A stretch of DNA of 63,638 nt, filler included, from Octopus bimaculoides (GCF_001194135.2; 5 parts of 5 records of this genome joined end to end with filler, not necessarily neighbours in it), one strand, 5' to 3'; shown: positions 13,513 through 26,291, numbered from the whole stretch's first letter. Made by a program: numbers and translations. The notes: generated from the letters alone by a model not told the origin.

Positions 13513-14279
13513 NNNNNNNNNNNNNNNNNNNNNNNNNNNNNNNNNNNNNNNNNNNNNNNNNNNNNNNNNNNNNNNNNNNNNNNNNNNNNNNNNNNNNNNN
13601 NNNNNNNNNNNNNNNNNNNNNNNNNNNNNNNNNNNNNNNNNNNNNNNNNNNNNNNNNNNNNNNNNNNNNNNNNNNNNNNNNNNNNNNNNNNNNNNNNNNN
13701 NNNNNNNNNNNNNNNNNNNNNNNNNNNNNNNNNNNNNNNNNNNNNNNNNNNNNNNNNNNNNNNNNNNNNNNNNNNNNNNNNNNNNNNNNNNNNNNNNNNN
13801 NNNNNNNNNNNNNNNNNNNNNNNNNNNNNNNNNNNNNNNNNNNNNNNNNNNNNNNNNNNNNNNNNNNNNNNNNNNNNNNNNNNNNNNNNNNNNNNNNNNN
13901 NNNNNNNNNNNNNNNNNNNNNNNNNNNNNNNNNNNNNNNNNNNNNNNNNNNNNNNNNNNNNNNNNNNNNNNNNNNNNNNNNNNNNNNNNNNNNNNNNNNN
14001 NNNNNNNNNNNNNNNNNNNNNNNNNNNNNNNNNNNNNNNNNNNNNNNNNNNNNNNNNNNNNNNNNNNNNNNNNNNNNNNNNNNNNNNNNNNNNNNNNNNN
14101 NNNNNNNNNNNNNNNNNNNNNNNNNNNNNNNNNNNNNNNNNNNNNNNNNNNNNNNNNNNNNNNNNNNNNNNNNNNNNNNNNNNNNNNNNNNNNNNNNNNN
14201 NNNNNNNNNNNNNNNNNNNNNNNNNNNNNNNNNNNNNNNNNNNNNNNNNNNNNNNNNNNNNNNNNNNNNNNNNNNNNNN

Positions 14280-14332
<53 letters not shown>

Positions 14333-14682
14333 ATATATATTTATATGTGTGTGTATGTATATGTATATACATATGCATATGTGTATATATATAAATATAT
14401 TTACATATATTTATATAAGTGTGTGTGTATATATTATTTGTTTGTTTTTTCTGTTTCAATTTTAATGATCTTAAAAAATATTTTGTTAGAAATATAGTGA
14501 TGATATTAAAGAAAGATTTTTTAGATTTAAAAAAAAAACGTATGTCAATGGACGAAATTCTGTTACAAAACTTTTGCTGTCATATTTCACCTGCGTGTCA
14601 TATTGGTTTTCGGCGCTTCTGTTTGCGTCTACGCGTGTATGTATGCGTGTAAGTGCATGTGACTGCGTGCACAAGATTGCGT

Positions 14683-14726
<44 letters not shown>

Positions 14727-15969
14727 TTTTTATGCATGCATATATATGTGTATGTGTATATGCTTATGCATTTATATTTGCATATGTGTATGCATATTTA
14801 TATATGCATAAATAAATGCATTTACATATGCGTTTATATGCGTGTGTGTATACATATATATGGATATATGCTTATATATATATGTATATATATATATATA
14901 TATGTATGTATATATATGCATATGTATATATATACAAATATATACATATATATATACATATATATATATATGCTTATATATATATGNNNNNNNNNNNNNN
15001 NNNNNNNNNNNNNNNNNNNNNNNNNNNNNNNNNNNNNNNNNNNNNNNNNNNNNNNNNNNNNNNNNNNNATGAGGAAGCCAATTATTTTAGTCTGATTACC
15101 TTTTATAACATCCATAATGAAATTTTTTTAAAACGAAATGAAAAAAAATACTCAAAAAAGAAACGTTTCAATTAAAAAGATTTTAAAAATTCCAAGGAAA
15201 AAAACTAAACTTTAAAATCAAGACACAAAGAAAGAAAAACAAACACAAACAAATCGGAATCTAAAAAACAATAATAATAATAACTTGAAACAAGAAAGAA
15301 ACAAAAAGAAAACCAAAAGAAAATTTAGAAAATTCTTGACAAGTCTTGGCGAAGTCAGAAATCGCAAAATTGTTTAATAAGCAGAAATTTTAGGCGGAGT
15401 GTATCTCTTTTAGCGTGGCTGAAATCTTTCATTGGATGTAGCCATTGTTTCAGATTTATCAGGAAGTTCCTGGCGTTGATATTCATTTACGCTCTGCTAA
15501 ATTATTTCTGACAAAAGTCTGTTTCATTATGACAGAAAAGTTCAACAAGTAGAGGTGAATGATGTTATATTTGTATCACATTGTAGTCGAAAACCGTCTG
15601 TAGTTGTGTACATATTTTTTTGTTGTTGTTGCTGCTGTTGTTGTTATAGTGGTGGTGTTCGTGGTTTTAGTGGTGGTGGTTGAAATTATTTTGTTCTCGT
15701 TTAATTCATGTATTCTTTTTTTTTTTTTTTTAATGTGAGCTGTTGCAAATGGAAGCTCAAAGATTGGAAGGTGAAATGGAGAGAGACGAAAATTTAGTTC
15801 GAGTTCACACTGGAGCGGAATGAGACGATCAGGCGCGGCTGTTTTGATACTGACAGTATGGCGCAGCTGAATGGATACTGAATCTGTTTTGGTGGCAGTA
15901 ATTTTTGGCACTAGAGGCAAACACACAAACACGCACCTACACGCACGAGCGAAAAAGTATATGTACATA

Positions 15970-16372
15970 GGCGCAGACGTGGCTGTGTGGGAAGACGCTT
16001 GCTTCCCAACCACATGGTTCCAGGTTCAGTCCCACTGCGCGGCACCTTGGGCAAGTGTCTTCTACTATAGCCCTGAACTGATGAATGTCTTCCGAGTGGA
16101 TCTGGTAGACGGAAATTGAAAGAAGCCCATCGCATATTTCTATGGATGTATGTATGTATATGTTTGTGTGTTTGTGTTTGTCCCACCAATATCGCTTGAC
16201 AACCGATGTTGGTTTGTTTACGTTCCCGTAACACAGCGGTTCAGCAAAAGAGACCGATAGAATAAGTACTAGGCTTACAAAGAATAAGTCCTGGAGGTCG
16301 ATTTATTCGACTAAAGGCGGTGCTCCAGCATGGCCGCAGTCAAATGACTCAATCTAGTAAAAGAGTAAAAGA
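15970..16372 (+). mobile_element. SINE family B, full length (tRNA-like head, internal microsatellite)
   Basis: A-box-like TGGCTGTGTGG, B-box-like GGTTCAGTCCC, then GGCACCTTGGGCAAGTGTCTTCTACTATAGCC, an internal TATG/TG tract and a 3' half ending CAGCATGGCCGCAGTCAAATGACT...AAAAGAATA. Confidence 0.9.
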
Positions 16373-16390
16373 ATACAGCTATAGAGAGCC

Positions 16391-16422
<32 letters not shown>

Positions 16423-16610
16423 ACACTACAATATGTTAATTGAACCCTATTGACAACATATTTCCCTCTCACGCATAAATAGAAACACATATATATATAT
16501 ATATATACATGCCTCTCTCTCTCTCTCTACCTCTATCACTCTGTCTACCTGCCTCCCTCTCTCTATCCCAAACTTTCTATCTATATATCCACCTCCTTCT
16601 TTCGTTCTCT

Positions 16611-16668
<58 letters not shown>

Positions 16669-17023
16669 CACTCCTTCACCCCTCTCTCTATCTATCAATC
16701 TATCTACCTGTGCATCTATCTATCTTTCTATCTCAGTCTTGTCTTCTCCTTCTTCCTATTTTATCACCCCATCTCATGTTTTATTTCATTTTTTTAAATA
16801 TTTAATATTTAATATTTCTAATTATTTTAATTATTTTAATTATTTAAAATTAATTGTTACAGTCACACATTTCAATATCGAAGAAACAATACACATAAAG
16901 CAATATTATCGTGGAAGCTATTTTTGTTACCATCATCATCATCATCATCATTATTATTATTATTATTATTATCATTATTATCATTATTCTTATTGCTACC
17001 AATATGATTATTATCATTATTGT

Positions 17024-17250
17024 TAAGGCGGCGAGCTGGCAGAAACGTTAGCATGCCGGGCGAAATGCTTAGCGGTATTTCGTCTGCCGCTACGTTCTGA
17101 GTTCAAATTCCGCCAGGTCGGTCGACTTTGCCTTTGATCTTTCGAGATCGATGAAATAAGTACCAGTTACGCACGGGAGTCGATGAAATCGACTCACACA
17201 CCCCCCTCCCAAATTGCAGGCCTTGTGCCTATAATAGAAAGGATTATTGT
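17024..17250 (+). mobile_element. SINE family A, full length
   Basis: AAGGCGGCGAGCTGGCAGAAACG...GAGTTCAAATTCC...GTCGACTTTGCCTTTGATCTTTCGAGATCGATGAAATAAGTACCAG...GGCCTTGTGCCTATAATAGAAAGGATTATT. Confidence 0.9.
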
Positions 17251-17254
17251 TATT

Positions 17255-17645
17255 ATTATTATTTTATGTTTGACTTTTGCTTTGCACTTGTACAAGTCTC
17301 GCCCAGAGACCTCAAGAGACAGCAAGTTAGAAGTTCATGTTGGTGTTATGCCTAGGATGCCATATATTTGGTTTTGCACATAGTATTGTTCTAGAGAATG
17401 TTTAAGAAAACATAAGAAAATTATGTGTTTGTTGTAAAATTTGAGATTACATAGACAGTATTTTACGTAGGATATGGACAGTTCCCATGAGCACTATCTT
17501 TTGAATTCCTGTCATTTTGGGGTTTCCTGGTATCTGAGCCAGGTAGCAATCAACCCCTTTTGCTATCATTCCTATGGTACCTATGACAACAGGTATTGTT
17601 TTAGTCTTCAGGTTCCGTATTTTGCCAATTTCTATTTCAAGATCT
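17255..17645 (-). mobile_element. R4/Dong-like non-LTR retrotransposon, 3' end (RLE C-terminus, 3' UTR, TAA tail)
   Basis: Minus translation YKDLEIEIGKIRNLKTKTIPVVIGTIGMIAKG...GNPKMTGIQKIVLMGTVHILRKILSM* fits the R4-clade RLE C-terminus. The 3' UTR matches 49840-50055. Confidence 0.8.
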
Positions 17646-17689
17646 TTATACTAATCTCGAAAGTGAAGTTGATAATGATTGTTAAAACG

Positions 17690-17741
17690 GCGGTGATCAA
17701 GATGGTGATGGTTAGAAGGGTGCTAATAGTAACAACGATAG

Positions 17742-17778
<37 letters not shown>

Positions 17779-18088
17779 AATTGTAACCATCGTTATCATC
17801 ATCACCATCAGCTTCCTCAACCTCACCATCGCTATCATCGCCAAATCATCAGCAGCAGCACCATTGTCAGCGTCATCATCATCATCGCCAACTTCATCAC
17901 CATCACCACCCTCCTGATCATCATCACCATCAACATCATTGTCATCACCATCATCATCATCATCATAAGTAGTAGTAGTAGTAGTAGTATCACCATCAGC
18001 AACATCATCACCATTATCATCATCTTCACCACCCTCACACTTTCATCACCACCGTCGTCAACATCATCACAATCAACATCACCAGCGT

Positions 18089-18119
<31 letters not shown>

Positions 18120-18125
18120 GTTAGG
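17690..18125. repeat. Compound (GAT)n/(CAT)n/(CAC)n microsatellite
   Basis: Direct reading. Confidence 0.9.
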
Positions 18126-18942
18126 ACGATCGTAATGGCGGTGATGACCTTTGCCTTTTCCTCTTCGTTTCCCCAACAATTATCATTGGTTGTTTGTTTG
18201 TTGTTGGTTTTTTGTTTTTTTTTTGTTTGGGGCAATTAATGCATTTTTTTTGTTGTTGTTGTTGTTACTTTTGTTGTTGTTGTTTGTGATATTTTATCTT
18301 CTGCATCTCAATCGTTGTATTGCGACAAAACCAAGGAAGGAGAATATAAAATAAAATAAAATAAAATAAAATAAAATAAAGAAAAATAAAGAAAAATAAA
18401 ATAAGAATTCTGAACCCAAACATAAATTATAGTAAAACTGACAAAACGGGAGATTATCACCAAAAACAAAACAAAACTAATAAAACAACTTTTAAAAAAA
18501 GCGTCCTGCGTAATTATATAACAATAGCGACGACACCACCACCACCACTAAAGACAACACGGTGGTGGTGGTGGTGGTGGTGGTGGTGGCGGCGGCGGCG
18601 TCGGCGGTGGTGGTGGCGGTGGTGGTCGTCGTGGTGGTCGTCGTGGNNNNNNNNNNNNNNNNNNNNNNNNNNNNNNNNNNNNNNNNNNNNNNNNNNNNNN
18701 NNNNNNNNNNNNNNNNNNNNNNNNNNNNNNNNNNNNNNNNNNNNNNNNNNNNNNNNNNNNNNNNNNNNNNNNNNNNNNNNNNNNNNNNNNNNNNNNNNNN
18801 NNNNNNNNNNNNNNNNNNNNNNNNNNNNNNNNNNNNNNNNNNNNNNNNNNNNNNNNNNNNNNNNNNNNNNNNNNNNNNNNNNNNNNNNNNNNNNNNNNNN
18901 NNNNNNNNNNNNNNNNNNNNNNNNNNNNNNNNNNNNNNNNNN

Positions 18943-19050
18943 GAGACGGTGGCGGAGACGGAGGCGGAGACGGAGGCGGAGACGGAGGCGGAGACGGAGG
19001 CGGAGACGGAGGCGGAGACGGAGGCGGAGACGGAGGCGGAGACGGAGGCG
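18943..19050 (+). repeat. 12-bp minisatellite GAGACGGAGGCG, 9 copies, within a trinucleotide field (18530-19210)
   Basis: Direct reading. The first unit has one substitution, and the left end runs into an N gap. Confidence 0.95.
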
Positions 19051-19661
19051 GTCATCACCATCATCATCATCATCATGGTGTTGGTAATGGTGATAATGAC
19101 GACGACGACGATGATGGTGATGATGATGATGACGACGATGATGATGATGGTGGTGATGACGATGATGGTGGTGATGGCGATGATGATAATGATGATGATG
19201 ATGATGATCATCGTAATGATGCTGATGGCGAAAATAGTAACAATAATATCAACGAGAAGAATTTATTTTTTACTATTATTATTATTATCATTATTATTGT
19301 TGTTGTTGTTATTATTATCAGTAACGGTAACGGCACTAATGATTTTTATGGCTTTTTTATTCGCCACAGGGGGGGCCTTGCGAGCACAAGTAACACAAGC
19401 GCTGAGGGTTTATTACGCAAAATCGATAACGAAAGGAAAAGAAAAAGAAAAAAAGAAAAAAGAATTCTGAACAACAAAAACAAACAAAAACGACAACAAC
19501 AAACAAATCAATAGCCGTTTCTCATTTAAGGCCGTATGTCAGGAAATTCGAAGTGAGAATGGTTTTAGCCGATCACATCGACCCCCTCCCACAGTACTTG
19601 ACTAGTACAGATATTTTATCTGATGAAATGCTAAGTTGCATGCAGTAGGGTTTGAAACATA

Positions 19662-19846
19662 GAGGCGAAAGCGTGGCTGTGTGGTAAGAAACTTGCTTCT
19701 CAAACACATGGTTCCCCTGGTTCAGTTCCACTGCCGGGAACCTTGAGCAATTGTTTTCTACTAAAGCCTCGGGCCGACCAATGCGTTGTGAGTGGATTTA
19801 GTAAGCGGAAAGCGAAAACTGAAAGAAGTGTGTGATATATATATAT

Positions 19847-19883
<37 letters not shown>

Positions 19884-20140
19884 TATAGGTATGTATGTAT
19901 ATAACTATGTGTGTGTATGTGCGTGTGTGTGTGTGTTTGCGTCTGCGTTTGTCCTCCATCGCCGCTTGAGAGTTGGTACTGGTGTGTGTACATCCCCATA
20001 ACATAGCGGTTTGGCAAAAGAGATCGATAGAATAAGAAGCAGGCTTTAAAATAAACAAGTCCTCGTATCGATTGGTTCGACTGAAACCTTTCAAGCCGAT
20101 GCCCCAGCTTGGCCACAGTCAAATGACTGAAACATGTAAA
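19662..20140 (+). mobile_element. SINE family B, full length, with an internal (TA)/(CAGA)n/(TG) tract
   Basis: GCGTGGCTGTGTGGTAAGAAACTTGCTTC head and GCCCCAGCTTGGCCACAGTCAAATGACTGAAACA tail. Confidence 0.85.
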
Positions 20141-20324
20141 AAAAAACTTGGGCATAATATGTACTGAAAAGTATGTTCTAGCGATTCTCTCTGTCTTTTA
20201 TTTGCCACAAATAAAACATTGGTTGGGGAAATCACAAAAAGGTGGGTGGCGGGGTTTACGTTGAATCAAAAATAACAAAATAGGGCGGAGGGATGAGAAA
20301 ATCCAACAAGAGCAGTCTGCTGCT

Positions 20325-20505
20325 TGGTGTAAAAAGATGGACTACAGCAAATATTCTGTTCAATACAGAAATTTTGTTTGTCAGTTGTTTGACCTTTAAC
20401 CAGTTGAGCATGTCACTTGGTGGCTGACGATATGTGCATCTCTGATCAGGAGCAGAAGTAGTCGGGGAGCATCATAGCCATGTTTTGAGAGGAACTGTTG
20501 TTCTG
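20325..20505 (+). mobile_element. Repeat family C, upstream portion
   Basis: Shares CATAGCCATGTTTTGAGAGGAA with about 11348-11372, and TTTGTTTGTCAGTTGTTTGA with 21153-21172. Confidence 0.45.
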
Positions 20506-22062
20506 AACAAACATTCATCATTTATATTAGCATAACAAAGTAGTATTTGGTTTCCTTGTCAGACAGGAAGTTTATTATCTGCTTTCTATAAAAAAAAAAA
20601 AAAAGAAATATCGATCAATCCAAAGTCTTCTGTAATCTGTCGCCAGATTTTAAACTTGTAAATACCAAATCGTATAAATTTAACTCGCCCAACTTATCCG
20701 AGCGGAAAGTGAGTATAATTTTGAAAGACATTATCAAACCAAAAGATCCACCATGGAGACTACCAGCTCATGTGGTTGTTAGCAGTTGACAACTCTGAAG
20801 TTATTAATAAATTCATCGACTTCGATGTTTAACCCCTTGTCCTTCTTACATAACATATTTTTACAAGGTATTCAACACAAAAGACCGACAGAGCATGTAT
20901 TGCTATAATGAGCTGAATCTCAGTAATAAAATACTTAACACTAACTAAGCAGACGATCGATTGTTTCAAATTAAACATATTCTGTGTCTGTTATTAACGA
21001 ATTATAAACAATCCTATACATTAAAACAATTATTTACATTATTTACATTTGACGGATATTTGTCCTCATCTTGTTTGCTGTTAACACAACGTTTCGGCTG
21101 ATATACCTCCATATGGCGTAGTGGTTAAGAGCGCGGGCTACAAACCCCAAGATTTGTTTGTCAGTTGTTTGATAAACAAATAGTAAATTGAAACATTCTT
21201 TAAAATTTTCTCTTATAAATATCTACGGCTCTTCAATCTCTTAAAGGTATCTTTGTAGGTACTATTTCTACCGTCTGCCAGGAGATATCAGTGGTGATTT
21301 TAGGAAATAAAAGTTTGGTTTACAATGATTTTCGCCTTGAGTTAGTCAAACTTCAAATTAAGAAAAACTATGTCCTGGACGCGCCAGTTGTTTAACATTA
21401 ATTGAAGTTAGAGCTGCAACAGAAACCGAACTAGTATCGATGCGATCCACAAGCGAGAACAAAGGAAGACGATGTGCAATTAACAAAATATTGAGCTTTG
21501 CCACAAAATAGCAAATGTCTAGTAAAATTATTGTATATCGTGTTGATGTCTCTACCAACAACAGATCAAGAAACCATAGACAGAGCACAAGGCACTTCTT
21601 CGGAGGTTACTTCGCACAGTACAACATTTCATCCTACTGTCGTTACCTAAAAAGAAATACACTATTTTGGAACAACATTTCAACTAGAGAGACATGGAAG
21701 AGATCGTTAGTATCCCATGTTACATAAGGTACAATTAAAGTACTGTGATTTTATCTTAAAGAGAAACTTCACATCATCCATCACGTTAATATTTAAATTT
21801 TAAAAAATAGAAAACGAACTAATTTCAATTTGCTGACACAAGACTAAATTCTCCCTCAGGAATTTGAAACTTAATTCTCAACTGATAATAAATGATGATA
21901 AATACGATTTACACTATCTAGAATAATTCTATTTCTTTTGTGTCCAAACACAAACGTGTGCAGTAGACCGGTTACTTAATGAATCCAGAGCCATTAAGTA
22001 AACCCCGCTAAACTCACAGAGATTCACCCGCACATACATGCATACATACATACATACATGCA

Positions 22063-22094
<32 letters not shown>

Positions 22095-22127
22095 CATGCA
22101 TAGAGACACGTACAAGCACACAGATAT

Positions 22128-22168
<41 letters not shown>

Positions 22169-22564
22169 AATACATATAATTCTATTTTATATGTGGGTCC
22201 TAAATTCGGAACGACGAGAATATTTATTACTTCCTTTATGAAAACCGGAAATATACAAAATAAATGTCGTAATTTACTTCGGTGGTGACGGGGATGGCAA
22301 TAATGTCTCTGATTGTTGCGGAAGCTGTTATATAAAACGAATGTTTCTCTATTCGTCACATATCCTAATGTCTTGGTTGTAGCTAGATTTTTAAAATGAT
22401 GTTGTAATTATAATTCTCCACAAGTCTTTATAGCTTACTTCCTTTACTCGTTATCCCGCTGAAAATCACTGTCACAGCTGTTAAAACCTATTCTACAGTT
22501 TTTTCCTCCTCCTCCTCCTACTACTACTACTAGTAATAATAATAATTATCATTATTATTATTTC

Positions 22565-22760
22565 AATTTTTTGCCACAAGGGCAGCTTGCAGGATGAGTC
22601 GATTACATCGACCCCAGAGTTCAACTTGTACTTATTTTATCGACCCCGAAAGGATGAAAGGTAAAGTCGACCTCCTCGGAATTTGAACTCAGAACGTAGC
22701 GACGGGCAAAATACCGCCAAGCATTTCGTCCAGCGCGCTTACGATTCTGGCAGCTCGCTA
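22565..22760 (-). mobile_element. SINE family A
   Basis: ATCGACCCCGAAAGGATGAAAGGTAAAGTCGACCTCCTCGGAATTTGAACTCAGAACGTAG...ACGATTCTGGCAGCTCGC, flanked by AAT/ATT-rich tracts. Confidence 0.9.
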
Positions 22761-22789
22761 CTTTAATAACAATAATTATAATTATAATA

Positions 22790-22960
22790 CAAAGTCTTGT
22801 GGGTAGACGAGATACCAATAGTAAATGGTGCAATTGGAAGTATCTGCATTCAACTACCAATCTGGCTGAAAAAGATTGGTGCAAATGTGAAAAAAAATCA
22901 ACACCACTTGGAACTGCATTGTGGCCATTTATACAGGTGATAATCAAAGATTACTCATTT
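22790..22960 (+). mobile_element. R4/Dong-like LINE RLE C-terminal fragment (degenerate)
   Basis: Translation VDEIPIVNGAIGSICIQLPIWLKKIGANVK...KSTPLGTA resembles IPIVIGALGSI...WL.KIG...KS.LLGTA. Confidence 0.5.
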
Positions 22961-23109
22961 TAAAACCTCCAGTTTCATTTTGAGTCCTAATCTTGACGCT
23001 GCCTTTTGAGCATTCGCCATCGTTAGCCTTCTTTCATTGTTCCCGACTTTGGGATGTCTTTCAGCTCTGCCTCAGTGTCTTGCTTTCGGTTATTGTTAGG
23101 GCGTCCTCC

Positions 23110-23340
23110 TGCGTGTGTCTTTGTCCCACCACCACCACCACCACCACCACTTGACAACCAGTATTGGTGTGTTTACGTCCCCGTAAATTAGCGTTTCGGG
23201 AAGAGAGACTGCTAGAATGAGTGCCAGGTTTTAAAAGATAAGCCCTGGAGTCGATCCGTTCGACAAATAATTCTTCAAGGTGGTATCCCTGCATGGCCGC
23301 AGTGTGATACTCGAAATAATTAAAGGTTAAAAGATAGAAG
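23110..23340 (+). mobile_element. SINE family B, 3' half
   Basis: CTTGACAACCAGTATTGGTGTGTTTACGTCCCCGTAA...GCATGGCCGCAG. Confidence 0.8.
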
Positions 23341-23344
23341 ATAT

Positions 23345-23515
23345 GTAACGGGCTTCTACGCAGTTTCCATCTACTACATTTACTCACAAGGCATCGGTTT
23401 GCCATAGGTTTTTGTAGAAGACATTTGCACAAATTTCCCATGGTGCCGCGCAGTGGGATTGAACCCACAAACATGCAGTTGTAAAACATGCTCATAATCA
23501 CATAACCATTTCTTG
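23345..23515 (-). mobile_element. SINE family B variant, 5' half
   Basis: GGGCTTCTACGCAGTTTCCATCTAC...ACTCACAAGGC...GGTGCCGCGCAGTGGGATTGAACCC. Confidence 0.75.
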
Positions 23516-24116
23516 TGTCTTTCATTCTTTTTTTCTTATAACTTCCATCTTTAGTCGCTTTATGTTATCATCATGCTTCTTCCGATTTCTAGGCATTGTT
23601 TTCTTTTTTTTCCCCTTTCATTTCTTTTTTCGCGTTTCTGATCTATTTTTGAAGTCTTTCAAATTGTATCACACATCTCTTCTACTTCTTCATCCATTTA
23701 TTTTATTCTTCCACTTACAATTCCATATTTAAATTCAAAGACTTAATCTGTTCAGCTTAATACGGTTACGTCTCTTAAGGCGCTCCATATTAGGCTTCAC
23801 AGATATAGCATTAACAACGAAGAATTTCCACATTTATGCATCAATAAAATTTTTTAACAGATTCCAGCTACTACTATTTCTATAAAATAGAAGATTCCTG
23901 GTCTCACATCAGATTTTCCTGCCATTATCACCAAAAGATCTAAAGGGATTTTTTCTTCGGTTTTTTCCTCGTTATATTTTTTGCGTGTATTTTAATATTT
24001 ATCGCCATGTCAAAATTTATATTTTTCCAATACAACTGTCAACATTTTTATGGTATTTTGTCGCCCGACATCTGTAACACTCATCTACCTTACAAATACA
24101 ACACATACTCCACTCT

Positions 24117-24148
<32 letters not shown>

Positions 24149-24239
24149 AACACACACAAAATGACAGTATTTTCTCCGTTAATATTGTCACCAAGAGAGT
24201 AATTGTTGTACTTTTCATGTTATTATATAGAGATTTATC

Positions 24240-24450
24240 TCAAGGCGGCGACCTGGCAGAATCGCTAGCAAGCCGGATGAAATACTCAGCGGTACTTCGT
24301 CCGTCTCTACGTCCTGAGTTCAAACCCCACCGATATCAACTTTACCTTCCGTCCTTCCAGAATCGATAAAAATAAGTACCACTTAAATACTCGGGTCGAC
24401 GTAATTGCTTTTCAAAAAAAATGCTGGCCTTACGCCGAAATTTGAAACCA
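24240..24450 (+). mobile_element. SINE family A (diverged)
   Basis: AAGGCGGCGACCTGGCAGAATCGCTAGC...GAGTTCAAACCCC...GATAAAAATAAGTACCAC. Confidence 0.8.
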
Positions 24451-24670
24451 GCATATAGATTCCGCTGCCTCGAGGCGCACCGTTCCAAAAAAAAAAATTG
24501 GAAAAGCGGACCGACAGCAAAAACAGCTGACAAGGTGTAATTTTTTTTTTCTTTCTTCTGCAAAATTTCCCTTTGTTCCAACGTACACTAAAATTTTATT
24601 GAGTAAAACTTTTTTTATGTGAAAAGTTTTTATATGCAGAAAAGTTTTTAAAAGGAAAACCTTTCAGGAT

Positions 24671-24770
24671 NNNNNNNNNNNNNNNNNNNNNNNNNNNNNN
24701 NNNNNNNNNNNNNNTTAATTAATTAANNNNNNNNNNNNNNNNNNNNNNNNNNNNNNNNNNNNNNNNNNNN
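24671..24770. other. Artificial scaffold-join linker 44N-TTAATTAATTAA-44N
   Basis: An identical 100-bp construct occurs four times, and the 12-mer gives stops in all six frames. Confidence 0.9.
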
Positions 24771-24859
24771 GGTAACGCTATGCCATTTCGTAATAATCCT
24801 TATTATTATTATTATTATTATTATCATTATTATTGCTGATATATATATATATATATATA

Positions 24860-26291
24860 CAGGGTGGGGAAGCAAAATTTACAATATTTGGAGGCAGGGA
24901 TTGAAAGACAATGTATGACCAATTAGTTTGTTGAAAGTCATGAGAATTTATTTGTCACAAGAAAATTTACATAATAGAAAATGTTTTTATTTTGTGTCCT
25001 CCTTCTTTCTCAATAACTGCCTTCACACGCTTCCTGAAACTTGCACAAGTGCTCCTCAAATATTCGGGAGACAACTTCTCCCATTCTTCTTTAATAGTAT
25101 CTTTAAGAGAGTCGACATTGCTGCGTGATGTTCTATTGGTAGCATCTTCTAAAACGCCCCAAATAGCATAATCCAGAGGGTTTAGATCTGGGCTAGAAGG
25201 CGGCCATAAACATGATTCCAAAAAATTGCTAAAGTTGGATTTTCAGAAATCTTGTATTTTTCTAGTTATGTGGGCTGGAGCACCATCCTGTGTCCATACA
25301 TAATTACCATCTGGGTAGTTTGCTTTAAGCCATGGCAATACCTGGTATCTCAGAATCTTGTAGTAAGTATTAACATTGATCTTTTCATCAGCTTTGTAGA
25401 ATTTTATAGGCATTTTCTTTCCATCGGAAGCCACAATACCAAAAGCCATAACTTGAGCAGGATGTTTTGTTTTGAATGTCCCCTTAACCTCAGCTCTTGA
25501 TTTTGCAATAAATCTGTCATTTCTGCGGTTCAGAACAACATCAACATTGAAGATCTTTTCATCTGAAACGATCGTTACAATGGAGGACTTTTTCTTGANN
25601 NNNNNNNNNNNNNNNNNNNNNNNNNNNNNNNNNNNNNNNNNNNNNNNNNNNNNNNNNNNNNNNNNNNNNNNNNNNNNNNNNNNNNNNNNNNNNNNNNNNN
25701 NNNNNNNNNNNNNNNNNNNNNNNNNNNNNNNNNNNNNNNNNNNNNNNNNNNNNNNNNNNNNNNNNNNNNNNNNNNNNNNNNNNNNNNNNNNNNNNNNNNN
25801 NNNNNNNNNNNNNNNNNNNNNNNNNNNNNNNNNNNNNNNNNNNNNNNNNNNNNNNNNNNNNNNNNNNNNNNNNNNNNNNNNNNNNNNNNNNNNNNNNNNN
25901 NNNNNNNNNNNNNNNNNNNNNNNNNNNNNNNNNNNNNNNNGAGCTTTAATAAAAACTTTGGTCCGTGTTTTGCTGATTCCTCCACTTCCAGGCCTCCTCG
26001 TAATAGTTGTGCTCATAGCCATTCTATTCTTTACATTATAAACAGTCTTTATGGACACTCCAACTATTCTTGAAATCTCCTTTGGTGTGACGAGTGCATT
26101 CAGCAAATCACACACTCTTTGACATTTGCTTTCCTGATTACTCACATGGGCAAAAGTTTGTGAAAAGGTAAGGATAATAGTGTCAGGTATGATCCTGACA
26201 TCAATATTTGTTAGGTTTCAAAACAATTGACTTAATGCCTGCTGAGAAAAAGCAACTTAACGTTCATTGTAAATTTTGCTTCCCCACCCTG
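24860..26291 (-). mobile_element. IS630-Tc1-mariner transposon, DD37D (maT-like), near full length
   Basis: Perfect 26-bp TIRs CAGGGTGGGGAAGCAAAATTTACAAT (24860-24885, 26266-26291), TA on both sides. The transposase runs 26145 to 24967 with SDE, QDGAPAH and WPPSSPDLNPLDY. I count 37 residues between D2 and D3. There is one in-frame TGA at 25243-25245 and an N gap inside the ORF. Confidence 0.95.

Noticed and set aside
15454-15554. Possible exon between TTTCAG and GTGAAT
   Set aside because: All three frames hit a stop before the donor.
21114-21153. tRNA gene
   Set aside because: Only an A-box and an anticodon-like arm are present, with no T-arm, B-box or acceptor stem. It is a SINE-head fragment.
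21972-22001. 10-bp perfect hairpin TTACTTAATG/CATTAAGTAA with TAAT cores
   Set aside because: About one such hairpin is expected by chance in this much AT-rich sequence.
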